Shown here piece after piece: positions 50,345 to 61,382 of a stretch of 64,000 bases of DNA. The stretch comes from Alphaproteobacteria bacterium. GTDB lineage: Bacteria; Pseudomonadota; Alphaproteobacteria; Bin95. The DNA is taken from assembly GCA_965205265.1 (NCBI GenBank), contig CBDBGH010000003.1, positions 544,001-608,000 of the forward strand, read 5' to 3'. Within the stretch, counting starts at the first letter, position 1. Every line of letters begins with the position of its first letter. Position numbers and translations under genes: made by a program. The notes beneath the pieces are model-generated. The model was not told the origin of the DNA. It ran no database searches and was given only the letters and a program-made list of their open reading frames with translations.

Positions 50345-51604
50345 ATGACAGGGGCAAAGCCGTTCCCGATAGCAAAGAGGGAAGTCTGGGAAGCCTTCAA
50401 GCATGTGAAGGCAAACCGGGGAGCGGCTGGAGTAGATGGGCAGACGGTCGAGAGTCTGGAGGAACGGCTTGGTCCGGAACTCTACAAGCTCTGGAATCGC
50501 ATGTCCTCAGGCAGCTATATGCCGCCTCCGGTTCGCAGGGTGAACATCCCCAAGGAGGGCGGCGGGAAGCGCCCGTTGGGCATACCGACGGTCACGGACC
50601 GCATCGCTCAGGAGGTTGTTCGCCGACATCTGGAGCCCTTGTTGGAACCGATTTTCCATGAGGACTCATACGGATATCGGCCGAAGCGATCCGCCATTGA
50701 CGCCATCCGGACAGCGCGTCGGCGATGCTGGCGCTACGACTGGGTGCTGGACATGGACATCAAGGGGTTCTTCGACAACATCGACCACGAGTTGCTGCTG
50801 AAGGCCGTTCGTCACCATACGGACTGCCGGTGGGTGCTGCTCTATGTCGAGCGCTGGTTGAAGGCTCCCGTGATCGAGGAGGACGGCACCGTTGTCGCAC
50901 GGGACAGGGGCACGCCACAGGGCGGGGTAATTTCGCCAGTATTGTCCAACCTGTTCCTGCACTATGCGTTCGATCAATGGATGAAAAGGTCGATGCCGCA
51001 TGTTCCGTTCGAACGGTATGCGGACGATATAATCTGCCATTGTCGAACGGAGGAGGCGGCAAAGACCCTCTGGCGGCGGGTTGCGGACCGATTGGCCGAG
51101 TGCGGCCTGGAGGTCCATCCGCAGAAGACCAAGGTGGTCTACTGCAAGGATACCAACCGCAAGGCGGACTACCCGACGGTCGCGTTCGACTTCCTGGGCT
51201 ACCGTTTCCAGCCAAGGTTCGCGGCGTGGCGCGGCGGGTTGTTCGGGGTCTCGTTCCTTCCGGCTGCCAGCCCGACTGCGCTCAAGGCGTTTCGGCGCCG
51301 CGTGCGACAGTGGCGTTTGCAACGGCGTAGCGACAAGGCGCTGCTTGACCTTGCCCGCATGTTTCATCGCGAAATTGCAGGGTGGATCGGCTACTTCGGC
51401 GCATTCTACAAGTCGGCGCTCTATCCGACCCTTCGTCTGATAGACGCCCACTTGCAGCGATGGGCAATGCGGAAGTTCAAACGCTTCCGACAACGACCGC
51501 GTCAGGCTCGTCTCTGGCTTGCCAGAATCGCGAAAGCGGAGCCGTGGCGGTTCGCCCATTGGACCCTTTTGCACGGGCAGGGCCGGACGCTGGGAGCCGT
51601 ATGA
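50345..51604 (+). CDS. ltrA: Group II intron reverse transcriptase/maturase (no endonuclease domain)
   Basis: GAAGVDGQ, RPLGIP, GTPQGG, YADD; AGGAGG RBS; ORF ends inside domain V. Confidence 0.95.
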   Translation: MTGAKPFPIAKREVWEAFKHVKANRGAAGVDGQTVESLEERLGPELYKLWNRMSSGSYMPPPVRRVNIPKEGGGKRPLGIPTVTDRIAQEVVRRHLEPLLEPIFHEDSYGYRPKRSAIDAIRTARRRCWRYDWVLDMDIKGFFDNIDHELLLKAVRHHTDCRWVLLYVERWLKAPVIEEDGTVVARDRGTPQGGVISPVLSNLFLHYAFDQWMKRSMPHVPFERYADDIICHCRTEEAAKTLWRRVADRLAECGLEVHPQKTKVVYCKDTNRKADYPTVAFDFLGYRFQPRFAAWRGGLFGVSFLPAASPTALKAFRRRVRQWRLQRRSDKALLDLARMFHREIAGWIGYFGAFYKSALYPTLRLIDAHLQRWAMRKFKRFRQRPRQARLWLARIAKAEPWRFAHWTLLHGQGRTLGAV

Positions 51605-52778
51605 GCTGAGAGGTTCACGTACGGTTCTGGGAGCGCGTGGGGGTGAGATTCCCCCGCGCGACTCGCTCCCCGCTCTATCGTCAGAGCCGGATCTACGCCC
51701 GCTCGGGGCTGGAGCTGGACCGCTCGATCCTAGCCGGCTGGGTCGGCAAGGCGGCGTTCCACCTCGGGCCCGTGTATGACCGCCTGAAGGCGGCGCTGAA
51801 GACGTCGAACAATCTGGGTCTGGACGAGACCACGGTTCGGGTTCTCGACCCGGGCCGGGGCAAGACGAAGACCGGCTATCTGTGGACGATGGCGCGCGAC
51901 CAGCGGGCCTGGTCCGGGGCGGACCCGCCGGGCGTGGCGTATGAGTATGCGCCCGGGCGTAGCGGCAAGCATGGCGAGAGGCTTCTCGAGGGCTTCAGGG
52001 GAACGGTGCAGATCGACGGCTACTCCGGCCACAACCGACTGGCTCGGCCGAACCGGGCGGGCGGGGCGCTGACGCGGGCTGCCTGTTGGGTCCATGCCAG
52101 GCGGGGCCTCGAGACGGTGTTCGACAGCAATGGCTCGCCGATCGCGAAGGCCGGACTGGACCGCATCGCGCAGCTCTATGCCATCGAGAAGAAGATCCGG
52201 GGTAAGCCGCCGGCGACGCGCCAGTTCGTCCGCTGGACCGAGACCGCGCCGCTGGTGAATGCCTTCGGCCTGTGGCTCGCCGAGCAGCGCTCGCTCGTCT
52301 CGCTCAAGTCCCGGCTCGGCGAGAAGCTGTCCTATATCGCCAACCAGTGGGACGGGCTGCTGGTCTTCCTGCGCGACGGGCGCGTCGAGATGGACAGCAA
52401 CTTCGTCGAAAATCGCATCCGGCCGATCAAGCTCACCGCGAAAAACGCACTGTTCGCCGGCCACGACGAGGGCGCGCGCGCATGGGGCCGCATCGCCAGC
52501 CTCATCGAGACCTGCAAGATGAACGGCGTTGAGCCCTACGCCTGGCTCAAGGACACGCTGGAGAAAATCGCCGGAGCCTGCCCCTGCGAAGGCGGGGGGC
52601 CACCCCAACAGCCGCATCGACGACCTACTTCCCTGGAACTTCATCCCGCCGTCAAGCTGAAAGCCGGGTGCCCTTCGCGCACCGCTTACATACCACGGGA
52701 AACCCCGGACCCGTCGTCATGCGCCACGGCCTCTGTCAGGTCCGCGTCGTTCAACGCGGATACCGCATCAATCGGGAT

Positions 52779-52990
52779 GTGTACTTCTATGCGCCCGGGC
52801 GCGGCGGCGAACATGCCGAAAAGTTCCCGAAGGGCTTCGACGGCATCCTCCAGGTCTTCCTGGCCGACGGGCGCGTCGAGATGGACAGCAACAGTGTCGA
52901 GAATCTCCCCGGACCGACTGCCCTGAATCGTAAAAGCGCATTGTTCGCCGGTCACGACGAAGGCGCCGTCGCATGGGCACGCATCGCCGC
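52779..52990 (+). pseudogene. Internally deleted IS66 tnpC remnant
   Basis: YFYAPGRGGEHAE..FDGILQV fused directly to FLADGRVEMDSN..LFAGHDEGA. Confidence 0.75.
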
Positions 52991-53078
52991 CCCCACCGGA
53001 TCGCAGTGCCGCGAATCACGTCATGCGCCGACGCGCCAGGAGTTTTTCAGCGGCCTGCTGGTGTTCTGGGCTTCGGCA

Positions 53079-56000
53079 TCACCACTCCCGCGATTCCTCG
53101 TCGAATACCGAGGTCGGCAGGGAGAAGGAGTGCTCGAACTGGCCGAGATCGGCGACAGCGAACATCTGCGAAAATCTGGCCCTGGACCTTCGCGCGGCCA
53201 GACGGGGAGCAGCCCTCCGGAGCATCTGGTCCCCGAAATTTCTCAACCGCAGGAACGGCAGTTCCCTGATCAGCCTGGAAGGAGGATACCTCAACCGGTC
53301 CGCCAGATCGTTGCCGATCAGTTCGCGGGACACCTGGTACATATAGGCGGCCATAGACCGGCGCGCCCCGGCCTCCGTTATTCCCAGAACGATCGGCGCG
53401 CTGTTGACGATACTGTTGGCCATGATCATCGAGTCTTCGTCGGGGGGAGGTTCGCACAAGGCCCCGATCTCGAATATGCGGGCCGACGAGGCGAAATCCC
53501 GGAACATGATCTCCTCGGGCACGCCCATGAGCGACCCCGCATATCTCCAGACATGCACATAGCCCTCCCGCTCTTCCGCGCTGAAATCGCCTCCGAGGTT
53601 CCCTACATGCTGCATAAGCCGCCCGGAAAAGGCCGCTGCGCCCAGCAGCATGTGCGCCGTGCTGAGCGGCAGTCCGTACTCCGACTCGTCGTAAGCGATG
53701 CGGCAGGGGCACCTTCCGCTCGGTCTCGGGATTTGAGACTCCGCTACGTTCGGGAGGACGTAGAGGAGTTTCTCCATGGAGCGCACTGCGGAGTTTCTCA
53801 GCCCGGTCGAGGTGATCGGTGGAGTGAAGGGTCGCCGTCGCTGGCCGGAAGAGTTGAAGGCGCGGATTGTAGCGGAGACGCTTGAGCCTGGCGCGAGGGT
53901 GGCCTCGGTAGCACGGCGTTACGATCTTCGCCCAAGCCATCTGTCGGACTGGCGTCGCAAGGCGCGGGAGGGTCGCCTGGTTTTGCCTGCAGCGGACGAG
54001 GCAGTGGAGTTTGCGCCGCTGGTGGTCCGGGCTGAAGGGCACGGCGCCGAGGCGAACGGTGGGTGTCTGGAAGTGGTTCTGGACCGGGTTACGGTCCGTC
54101 TGGATGCGGCGGTGCCGGCGGGCCGGCTGGCGGAGATCGTGTCTGCGCTGAATGCGCTGTCATGATCTTCCCGTCGAACCGGGTGCGGATCGTTGTCGCA
54201 ACGAAGCCCGTCGACTTCCGCCGCCAGCACGACGGCCTTGTCGCGCATGTGAAGGGCGCGCTGCGGCGGGACCCGTTCACCGGCACGGTATACGTCTTTC
54301 GATCGAGGCGAGCTGACAGGCTGAAGCTGGTCTTCTGGGACGGGACCGGGCTGGTGCTGATCTACAAGCGTCTGGAGGACCAGGGCTTTGTATGGCCGGC
54401 GATCCGCGACGGGGTGATGTCGCTGAGCCATGCGCAGTTCGAGGCCTTGTTCGCGGGCCTGGACTGGCGTCGCGTGCGGGCGCTGTCGGCGCGGCGCCCG
54501 GCTGAGGCGGAGTGACTCAGCCGGTGGATCGGGGCGTCCGGCTCCGCGACACTGTGCTACCAAGCGAGCCATGGCTGCGCTTGCGGAGATCGACCTTGAA
54601 ACGCTGACACCCGAACAGCGGGAAGCGGCGGTGCAGGCGATCATGGCGCTGGAGACGCTTCGCACCGAGAACGAGGTGTTGACGGACCGCAATGAGGCGC
54701 AGTCCGAGCGCATCCGCCGTCTCGAACACCTGGTGCGCGAGCTGCAGCGCGTTATCTACGGGAAAAGGTCGGAGAAGCTGACGGCGGACGAGCGCCAGCT
54801 GGCGTTCGAGGACCTTGTTGCGGCGGCGGAAGAGATCGAGGAAGCGATCACGCCGGCCGATCCGGCGCCGGCCCAATCGCCGAAGCGTCCTCGCCCGGCG
54901 CGCAATCTCGGCCATTTGCCGGACCACCTGGAGCGGATCGAGCAGGTGATCGAGCCGGAGAGCACGCTCTGCCCCTGCGGCTGCGGGGAAATGGCGAAGA
55001 TCGGCGAGGATCGCACGGAGCGCCTGGACATCGTGCCGGCGCAGTTGCGGGTGATCGTCACGGTGCGCCCGAAATACGCCTGCCGCCGGTGTGAGGAAGG
55101 CGTGACCCAGGCGCCGGCGCCGGCCCGGCTGATCGAAGGGGCGCTGCCGACCGAAGGCGCTATCGCGCATGTGCTGGTCTCGAAATACGCCGATCATTGT
55201 CCGTTGCACCGTCAGACGCAGATCTATGCCCGCTCAGGCCTCGATCTGGACCGCTCGACGCTGGCCGGCTGGGTCGGCAAGGCCTCGTTCCACCTCAGGC
55301 CGGTGGTTGACCGCCTGGCACGGCACCTGAAACGGTCGTCCAAGCTCTTCATGGATGAGACGCGGGCGCCGGTGCTCGATCCGGGCCGCGGCAGGACGAA
55401 GACCGGCTGGTTATGGGCGCTGGCCCGCGACGACCGTTCCTGGGGCGGGCCCGATCCACCGGGCGTCGTCTACTTCTACGCCCCCGGGCGCGGCGGCGAA
55501 CATGCGGAGCGCTTCCTTGATGGCTTCGACGGCATCCTGCAGGTCGATGGCTATGCCGGCTACAGCCGGCTGGCCGGACCGAGCCGCAAGGGCGGCGCGC
55601 CGCTGCGGCTGGCCTACTGTTGGGCCCATTGTCGGCGCCGGCTTCGCGAAATCCACGACAGCAGCGGCTCGGAAATCGCAGCCGAGGGCTTACGCCGGAT
55701 CGCCGAACTCTACGCCATCGAGGCCGATATACGCGGCAGCCCGCCGGAGCTGCGCCTCGCCGAACGGCAAACGCGCTCCGCGCCCCTGGTCGAGGCCTTC
55801 GGCGAATGGCTGACGCAGCAGCGCGTCCGCGTCTCGCCCAAGTCCCGGCTCGGCGAAAAGCTCGCCTATATCGCCCGTCATTGGGACGGCCTCCGGATCT
55901 TCCTCGACGACGGCCGCGTCGAAATGGATAGCAATGCCGTCGAAAACAGCCTGCGGCCCGTGGTCCTTACACGGAAAAACGCCTTGTTCGCCGGTCACGA

Positions 56001-56848
56001 CGACGGCGCCGCCGCCTGGGGACGCATAGCATCCCTCATCCAGACGGCGAAGTTGAACGAGGTCGAGCCACACGCCTGGCTCAAGGCCACACTCGAAGCC
56101 ATCGCAGCCGGTCATCCCAATGACCGCCTCGATGAACTGCTTCCCTGGAACTTCAAGCCGTCGTCAAGCTGAAAGCCGGCTGCCTCGCCCGCACCGCATA
56201 CGACTCGTCCCACTCCTCCGTCTGCCTTATCAGCCGTCTCGCCTGGGCGTGGATCAGGCGGATCCTGATGCTCAGCCTCCAGCCGTCGCCGCCCGGAAGG
56301 ATGCCGCCGGGCATGTATTGGTCCAGGAGTTGCGCCAGGTTCTGTTTCAGCCGGCGAACGCCATTCTCGACGATCCTGCTCCTGATGCGGAACGACTTGC
56401 TGATCAGGGTCGAGAAGCCCTCGATGATCGCGCCTCCGACAAGCGCCCCGAGCACCATGTCGGAGTTACGCAGAAAGCCCCTGGTCGCCGCGGCGGCAAG
56501 CCGCTCGTCGAACCAGTCCGGAGCGTCGGCCAGCTTCGCCACGAAACTGCGCAGGCAGTCCGGGAGGTCCTTCGGGACGTCGCCGGAACTGTTGAGCGCC
56601 CTCGCCACGATTCCGTGGACTTCGCCCGGCGTGTACCGCTCCGCCAGCTCGGCCACCACCTCGTCGCCGGAGGGATCGCCGATGACAGTGTGGCGGACAT
56701 AAAGGTCGGCCACATCGCGGTCCGCCTTGCGGGCTGCCTCGTATCCGGCGACGTAGCAGGACGGAACGGGCGCGGCGGACACCCCGTCGAAGCCCGGTAA
56801 ACGCGGATCGTCCGTTCCTCGGAATTGTCTCGTGCCGGTTCCTGCCAA
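53079..56848 (-). pseudogene. Oxygenase MpaB/DUF2236 family gene disrupted by IS66
   Basis: 5' part (RLIHAQARR..WDES) and 3' part (EYGLPLS..HVWRYAGSLMGV) join in frame across the GACTCGTC TSD. Confidence 0.8.
53691..56201 (+). mobile_element. IS66 type A, copy 2 (tnpA 53776-54165, tnpB 54162-54515, tnpC 54571-56172)
   Basis: Same length and same encoded proteins as copy 1; 8-bp TSD GACTCGTC at 53683-53690 and 56202-56209. Confidence 0.97.
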
Positions 56849-56893
56849 AACAATAATTCCCTCACGAGGTCCGACGGCCGATTCGCTTCCCCT

Positions 56894-57352
56894 CTATTGC
56901 GACCCTGCGTGTTTCGCTTCTGCGTAGCGTTTCAATTCCCTGCCCACAGTCGTGTAACTGCGGTGCATATGGTTGCCGAACAACAGCATGATAAGCGGGG
57001 CGAGCAGGCCGGTCATCCGCTCTATGCAGCAATAGCGGCAACTCGCCTCCCCCACGGGCTCCAAATGCTGCTCCCGCACACCTCGAAAGATCCAACCCGC
57101 TCCGAAAACCGTTCCCCAGGAAACGAACCTTGGGGGATCGTAGGCATGAACGGTAAGGGAGATTCTTTTCATCTTCCCAGAACCCATATCGAGCAACACA
57201 TGGATGGGCGAGCCCACCTTGAAATCCGTTTGCGCTTCCGGCGAGAACGAATTCCACTCCCCGTATTTCCCGGTGTCGGAAAGGACGTCCCAGACCGGTT
57301 CGACCGGCAAGTCGATCAGAAGCGGCTCGGTCCGTATCTCTTTTTTGAACAT
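56894..57352 (-). CDS. SRPBCC/START-like domain protein
   Basis: IDLPVEPVWDVLSD..KYGEWN, ELKRYAE; GGAGGT RBS. Confidence 0.75.
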   Translation of the reverse strand: MFKKEIRTEPLLIDLPVEPVWDVLSDTGKYGEWNSFSPEAQTDFKVGSPIHVLLDMGSGKMKRISLTVHAYDPPRFVSWGTVFGAGWIFRGVREQHLEPVGEASCRYCCIERMTGLLAPLIMLLFGNHMHRSYTTVGRELKRYAEAKHAGSQ

Positions 57353-57696
57353 GCCCGCCACCTCCGCGCCCCGGAACGGCCCTCTACCCATCTTCGATTT
57401 AATATCACAAAAAATCGATATAGGGGCGTGGGTTTGTCCGGTGGGCCGAAGCGAATCGGCAGATGCGCAGCGCCGGAGGCAGTCCCGAAACCGGCTTTCG
57501 ACCGGAGTGTAGCGCTGCCGGCGAACTCCGTTCCGCTTGACACCCGGTTCCCGCGCACGCAAAGTAAAATGGCTGTTATGCCGTTCGCCGGTTGCCGTTG
57601 ATCGTACTGTTCGGGCGGTAGGATCGGGCAGGGAAGCGGGCCGGGAGGACAAGTGAGCAGGATGGGCGCGCTCGACGCAAACTACTCTTCCCTTCC

Positions 57697-59088
57697 ATGC
57701 GCAGGGCAAGGCAGGCCGTGAACGGCGCCGGCACCGCCGCATCGTCCCTTCCGCCCGGCCCAAAGGGACGCAAGCTTCACAATCTTCGCCAGCGGCTCAA
57801 GCGGCACTCCGACTTCATGGACGAACTCCATGCGGAATACGGGGACATCGTCTTCTTCGATATCCCGGCCAAGAAGTGTTGCGCGGTTTTCAGCGCTGAA
57901 CTGATCCACGAGGTCCTTGTCGAGCAGGAACCCTGGTTCCAGCCCTACTATCCCAAGACCTCTTTCAACCTCATTCCGTCGCCTTGCCTGGCCACCTCCC
58001 GCTTCGAGACGCACACGCAGCTCGAGCAGGTGATGAGCGCGGCGTTCACGCCCGAACGCATGCCGGCCTACCGGGAGGCGATCGTCGACAACGCACATAT
58101 CTTCTGCGATCGGGTCGGCGCGGCCGGGAGCATCGACTTCAAATACGAGGCCGAGCGCTACACCTGGGGGTCGCTGCTCGATGCGGTGATCGGCGTCGAT
58201 TTCAAGGTCGAGCCCGAACTCGGCAAATCGGTGCTGGACGCGATGAAGCGGGACATGATGCTCGCGCTGCTCCCGTTCGGCCTGTTCCTGAAACGCCTGC
58301 CCCTGCCGCACAACATCAGGACCGCGCGCCAGATCAGGGCGCTCGACGACCAGACCTACCGGTCCATCGAGAGAGCCCGCGATCCCGGTCACAACGGCGA
58401 CGACGTGATTTCCCACTTCGTGCGCGCACATGAGCAGGGCATCGTGGACTGGGCCTTCCCGGACGATTCCGAGATCCGGGACGAGGCGTATACGCTTATG
58501 TTCGGCGCCGTGGACGCGCCCACCAGCACGCTGACGCACGCCGTCAACCTGCTGGCGCACAATCCGGCGGTCCTCCAGAGGCTCGAGCGGGAAGTGGACG
58601 AGGCGCTCGGCGGCCGTCGGCTCGCGCCGGGCGATCTGGACCGGCTGCCCTATACTCTCGCGGTGTTCCGGGAAACGCTGCGGCTCGAGCCGCCGGCGTT
58701 CGTCTTCATACCCAGGGAAACCATGGAGGACCGCTTCGTCGGCGGCTACCTAGTGCCGAAAGGCACGCTGATGAGCGTGTGTGTGCGCGTGATGCACCGC
58801 CGCCGGGATTATTGGGAGGAGGCGGACCAGTTCCGGCCGGAACGCTGGCTTGAAGACGCGGAACGCGGCGGCTCGCTCTGCCCGGCGCACTCATACCTGC
58901 CGTTCAGCACCGAGCCGCGAATCTGCCAGGGGGGAGACTTTGCCGAGGCGCTTTTCATTTCAGGTCTGGCGAGCCTCGTGCAGAAGCTCAGGCTGGAGCC
59001 GGAATCCGCTGAGCCACCGACCAAGACGAATATCGGTGTGGGGTTGATGGGCGCATTTCCGGTTCGCGTCGCCCGGCGAAAGCAGTGA
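57697..59088 (+). CDS. Cytochrome P450 (paralogue 1)
   Basis: PPGP, ETLR, FRPERW, FSTEPRICQG; start may be GTG 57718. Confidence 0.9.
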   Translation: MRRARQAVNGAGTAASSLPPGPKGRKLHNLRQRLKRHSDFMDELHAEYGDIVFFDIPAKKCCAVFSAELIHEVLVEQEPWFQPYYPKTSFNLIPSPCLATSRFETHTQLEQVMSAAFTPERMPAYREAIVDNAHIFCDRVGAAGSIDFKYEAERYTWGSLLDAVIGVDFKVEPELGKSVLDAMKRDMMLALLPFGLFLKRLPLPHNIRTARQIRALDDQTYRSIERARDPGHNGDDVISHFVRAHEQGIVDWAFPDDSEIRDEAYTLMFGAVDAPTSTLTHAVNLLAHNPAVLQRLEREVDEALGGRRLAPGDLDRLPYTLAVFRETLRLEPPAFVFIPRETMEDRFVGGYLVPKGTLMSVCVRVMHRRRDYWEEADQFRPERWLEDAERGGSLCPAHSYLPFSTEPRICQGGDFAEALFISGLASLVQKLRLEPESAEPPTKTNIGVGLMGAFPVRVARRKQ

Positions 59089-59320
59089 AGCGAACCGGGC
59101 GCGGGCCAAGGCGTCGGACGCTGCACCTGAGGGCTCGGAGCCAGCCGCCCTGGCGACGGGAGGACTTATGATGCCAAGCGCAAGCACAGCTCCGCCGCCT
59201 CCGGGACCGCCGCGGCGCAAGTTCCGCACCTTGAAGCAGCTTGCAACCGATCCGGCGGGTTTCTTCAAATCCCTCCACCGGGATTACGGCGACATCGTCA
59301 CCTACGAAGTGCCGGGAAAG

Positions 59321-59466
59321 AAGTATTGCGCAATCTTCTCGGCAGAACTGGTAGAAGAGCTCTTTACGAAAGACTCGGTGTTTCCGCCGCAATACCCGAG
59401 AAGTCGCTTCGACGTCGTCAAGTCTCCCGGCATGGCCCGCATGAGGGGAGAGGACCACCACAGGCT
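59321..59466 (+). repeat. 146-bp direct repeat (TSD), left copy; right copy 61383-61528
   Basis: Identical copies, each abutting an IS1634 inverted repeat. Confidence 0.92.
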
Positions 59467-61382
59467 CCTGACTTCGACGGTTGGGCTGACTTCTGACCGA
59501 TCTCGCGTCTGGAGTTTTCAGTAAAGCCAATGAGTTGGCAGTTGCGGTGCGGTCAAGCTGCGTTGTAGTGCCTAGTAAATCTTTGAGACTGTCAATGCCT
59601 CCGCCACGCGCTACACTCCCCCCATGTTCGTGCGCATCAAGACCTCCCCCAACAGCCCGCGACGCTCGGTCCAGATCGTCGAGGCCGTGCGCGACGGCGG
59701 CAAGGTCCGACAGCGCATCGTCCGCCATGTCGGCGTGGCCATGGACGAGGACGAGCTCGAGCGCCTGAGGCAGCTCGGCGAGTACGTCAAGGCGAAGCTG
59801 GAGGACGAGCGTCAGCCGGCATTGTTTGCGCCCGAGAAGATCGCTGAGCAGGCGATCCGTGTCGGCCGCCGGGGGGACGGCAAGGAGGAACTCCCGGTCG
59901 ACCTCAAGCAGCTTGAAGAGGAGCAGCGCCTGATCACAGGCATCCACGAGGTCTATGGCGAGATCTACCGGCTGCTGGGCCTCGACGCGCTGCTGCCGCG
60001 CTCGCGCTACCGGGCCTCCCATGACGCGCTGTTCCATGTGGTGATGGCGCGGGTAGCCAACCCCGACAGCAAGCGGGGCAGCGTGCGCCGGCTCGAGGAG
60101 GACTTCGGCGTGAGTCTTCCGCTCGAGAAGGTCTACCGGATGATGGATCAGCTCGACGCGACGGTGATCGAGCGACTGCGCACGCGCGTCGGCGAGGCGA
60201 GCCGGTCGCTGCTGCCGGAGCCGGTCGCGATCCTCTTCTTCGATTGCACCACGCTCTACTTCGAGACGGCCGCCGAGGACGAGCTTCGCCAGCACGGCTT
60301 CAGCAAGGACGGCAAACACAAGGACTCGCAGGTTCTGCTGGCGCTGATGGTGACGCGCGAAGGGCTGCCGATCAGCTACGAGGTCTTCCCCGGCGCCACC
60401 TACGAGGGACACAGCATGGTCCCGGTCCTGCAGGACATGCAGCGCCGCCACCAGGTGGAGCGCACGGTATGCGTGGCCGACCGGGGCATGCTGAGCGCCG
60501 ACAACCTCGACGCCATGGACGCCATCGGCGGCGAGTATGTCGTCGGCGCGCGGCTGCGCAAGCTGCCGCTCGCGCTGCTGGGGCAGGTTCTCGACCCCGG
60601 GACCTATGCCCCGCTGGAGGGCTCACAGGACCGCCGGGTCGGCGAGTGGGAGTACAAGGGCCGTCGCCTGATCGTCGTCTTCTGCCCCCAGCGCGCACGC
60701 AAGGACGCGCACGAGCGCCGCCATCAGGTGGAACGCCTGCTCGACAGGCTGGCCCGCAGCGACAATCCCAGGGAACTGCTCTCCAATCACGGGGCGAAGC
60801 GCTTCATCGCCGTCGAGGGCGACGCACGGCTCACGGTGAACCCGGAGAAGATCGCCGAGGCCGCACGATGGGACGGGCTCACCGGCGTCATCACCAATCT
60901 GCGCGACGCGCGCGTCACCGAAGTGATGGCTCACTACCAGGGGCTCTGGCAGGTCGAGGAGAGCTTCCGGATCACCAAACACGACCTGAAGATACGTCCC
61001 ATCTGGCACTGGAACCCGGACCGGATCCGCGCTCACATCGCCATCGCCTTCCTGGCCTTCGCCTGCGTTCGACACCTTGCGTACCGCGTCGCCATCCAGA
61101 AGCGGCGGATGTCCCCGGAGGTCATCCGCTCCGCCCTCGTCCACCGCCAGTGCTCCCTGCTGCGCTGTCGGCAATCGGGCAACCGCTACGTCATCCCCTC
61201 GAAGCCGACACCGGCGGCGGAGCAGATTTACGCAACCATGGGGCTGCCCCTGACGATCACCCCGTATCAACTCGCCTGACCGTCGACGAAGCACGGCTCG
61301 AAGAAATGCCGGATGTAGTGCCTAGCCGAAATGAGAACCAGGCAATATCAACTACTTATGCGAATCAACCGTCGAAGTCAGG
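59467..61382 (+). mobile_element. IS1634 family element
   Basis: Perfect 17-bp IRs CCTGACTTCGACGGTTG / CAACCGTCGAAGTCAGG; long TSD. Confidence 0.92.
59624..61279 (+). CDS. IS1634 family transposase
   Basis: FFDCTTLYFE, GFSKDG, VADRGM, YQGLWQVEESFR..K.DL.IRPI.H...RIRAH. Confidence 0.92.
   Translation: MFVRIKTSPNSPRRSVQIVEAVRDGGKVRQRIVRHVGVAMDEDELERLRQLGEYVKAKLEDERQPALFAPEKIAEQAIRVGRRGDGKEELPVDLKQLEEEQRLITGIHEVYGEIYRLLGLDALLPRSRYRASHDALFHVVMARVANPDSKRGSVRRLEEDFGVSLPLEKVYRMMDQLDATVIERLRTRVGEASRSLLPEPVAILFFDCTTLYFETAAEDELRQHGFSKDGKHKDSQVLLALMVTREGLPISYEVFPGATYEGHSMVPVLQDMQRRHQVERTVCVADRGMLSADNLDAMDAIGGEYVVGARLRKLPLALLGQVLDPGTYAPLEGSQDRRVGEWEYKGRRLIVVFCPQRARKDAHERRHQVERLLDRLARSDNPRELLSNHGAKRFIAVEGDARLTVNPEKIAEAARWDGLTGVITNLRDARVTEVMAHYQGLWQVEESFRITKHDLKIRPIWHWNPDRIRAHIAIAFLAFACVRHLAYRVAIQKRRMSPEVIRSALVHRQCSLLRCRQSGNRYVIPSKPTPAAEQIYATMGLPLTITPYQLA

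Noticed and set aside
50345-51604. RT as a retron, DGR or defence RT
   Set aside because: It has group II intron motifs (YADD, maturase region) and sits within domain V/VI RNA and exon-restoring boundaries.
53691-56201. Second type A IS66 copy as an assembly duplication
   Set aside because: It has its own 8-bp TSD and splits a gene that rejoins in frame.
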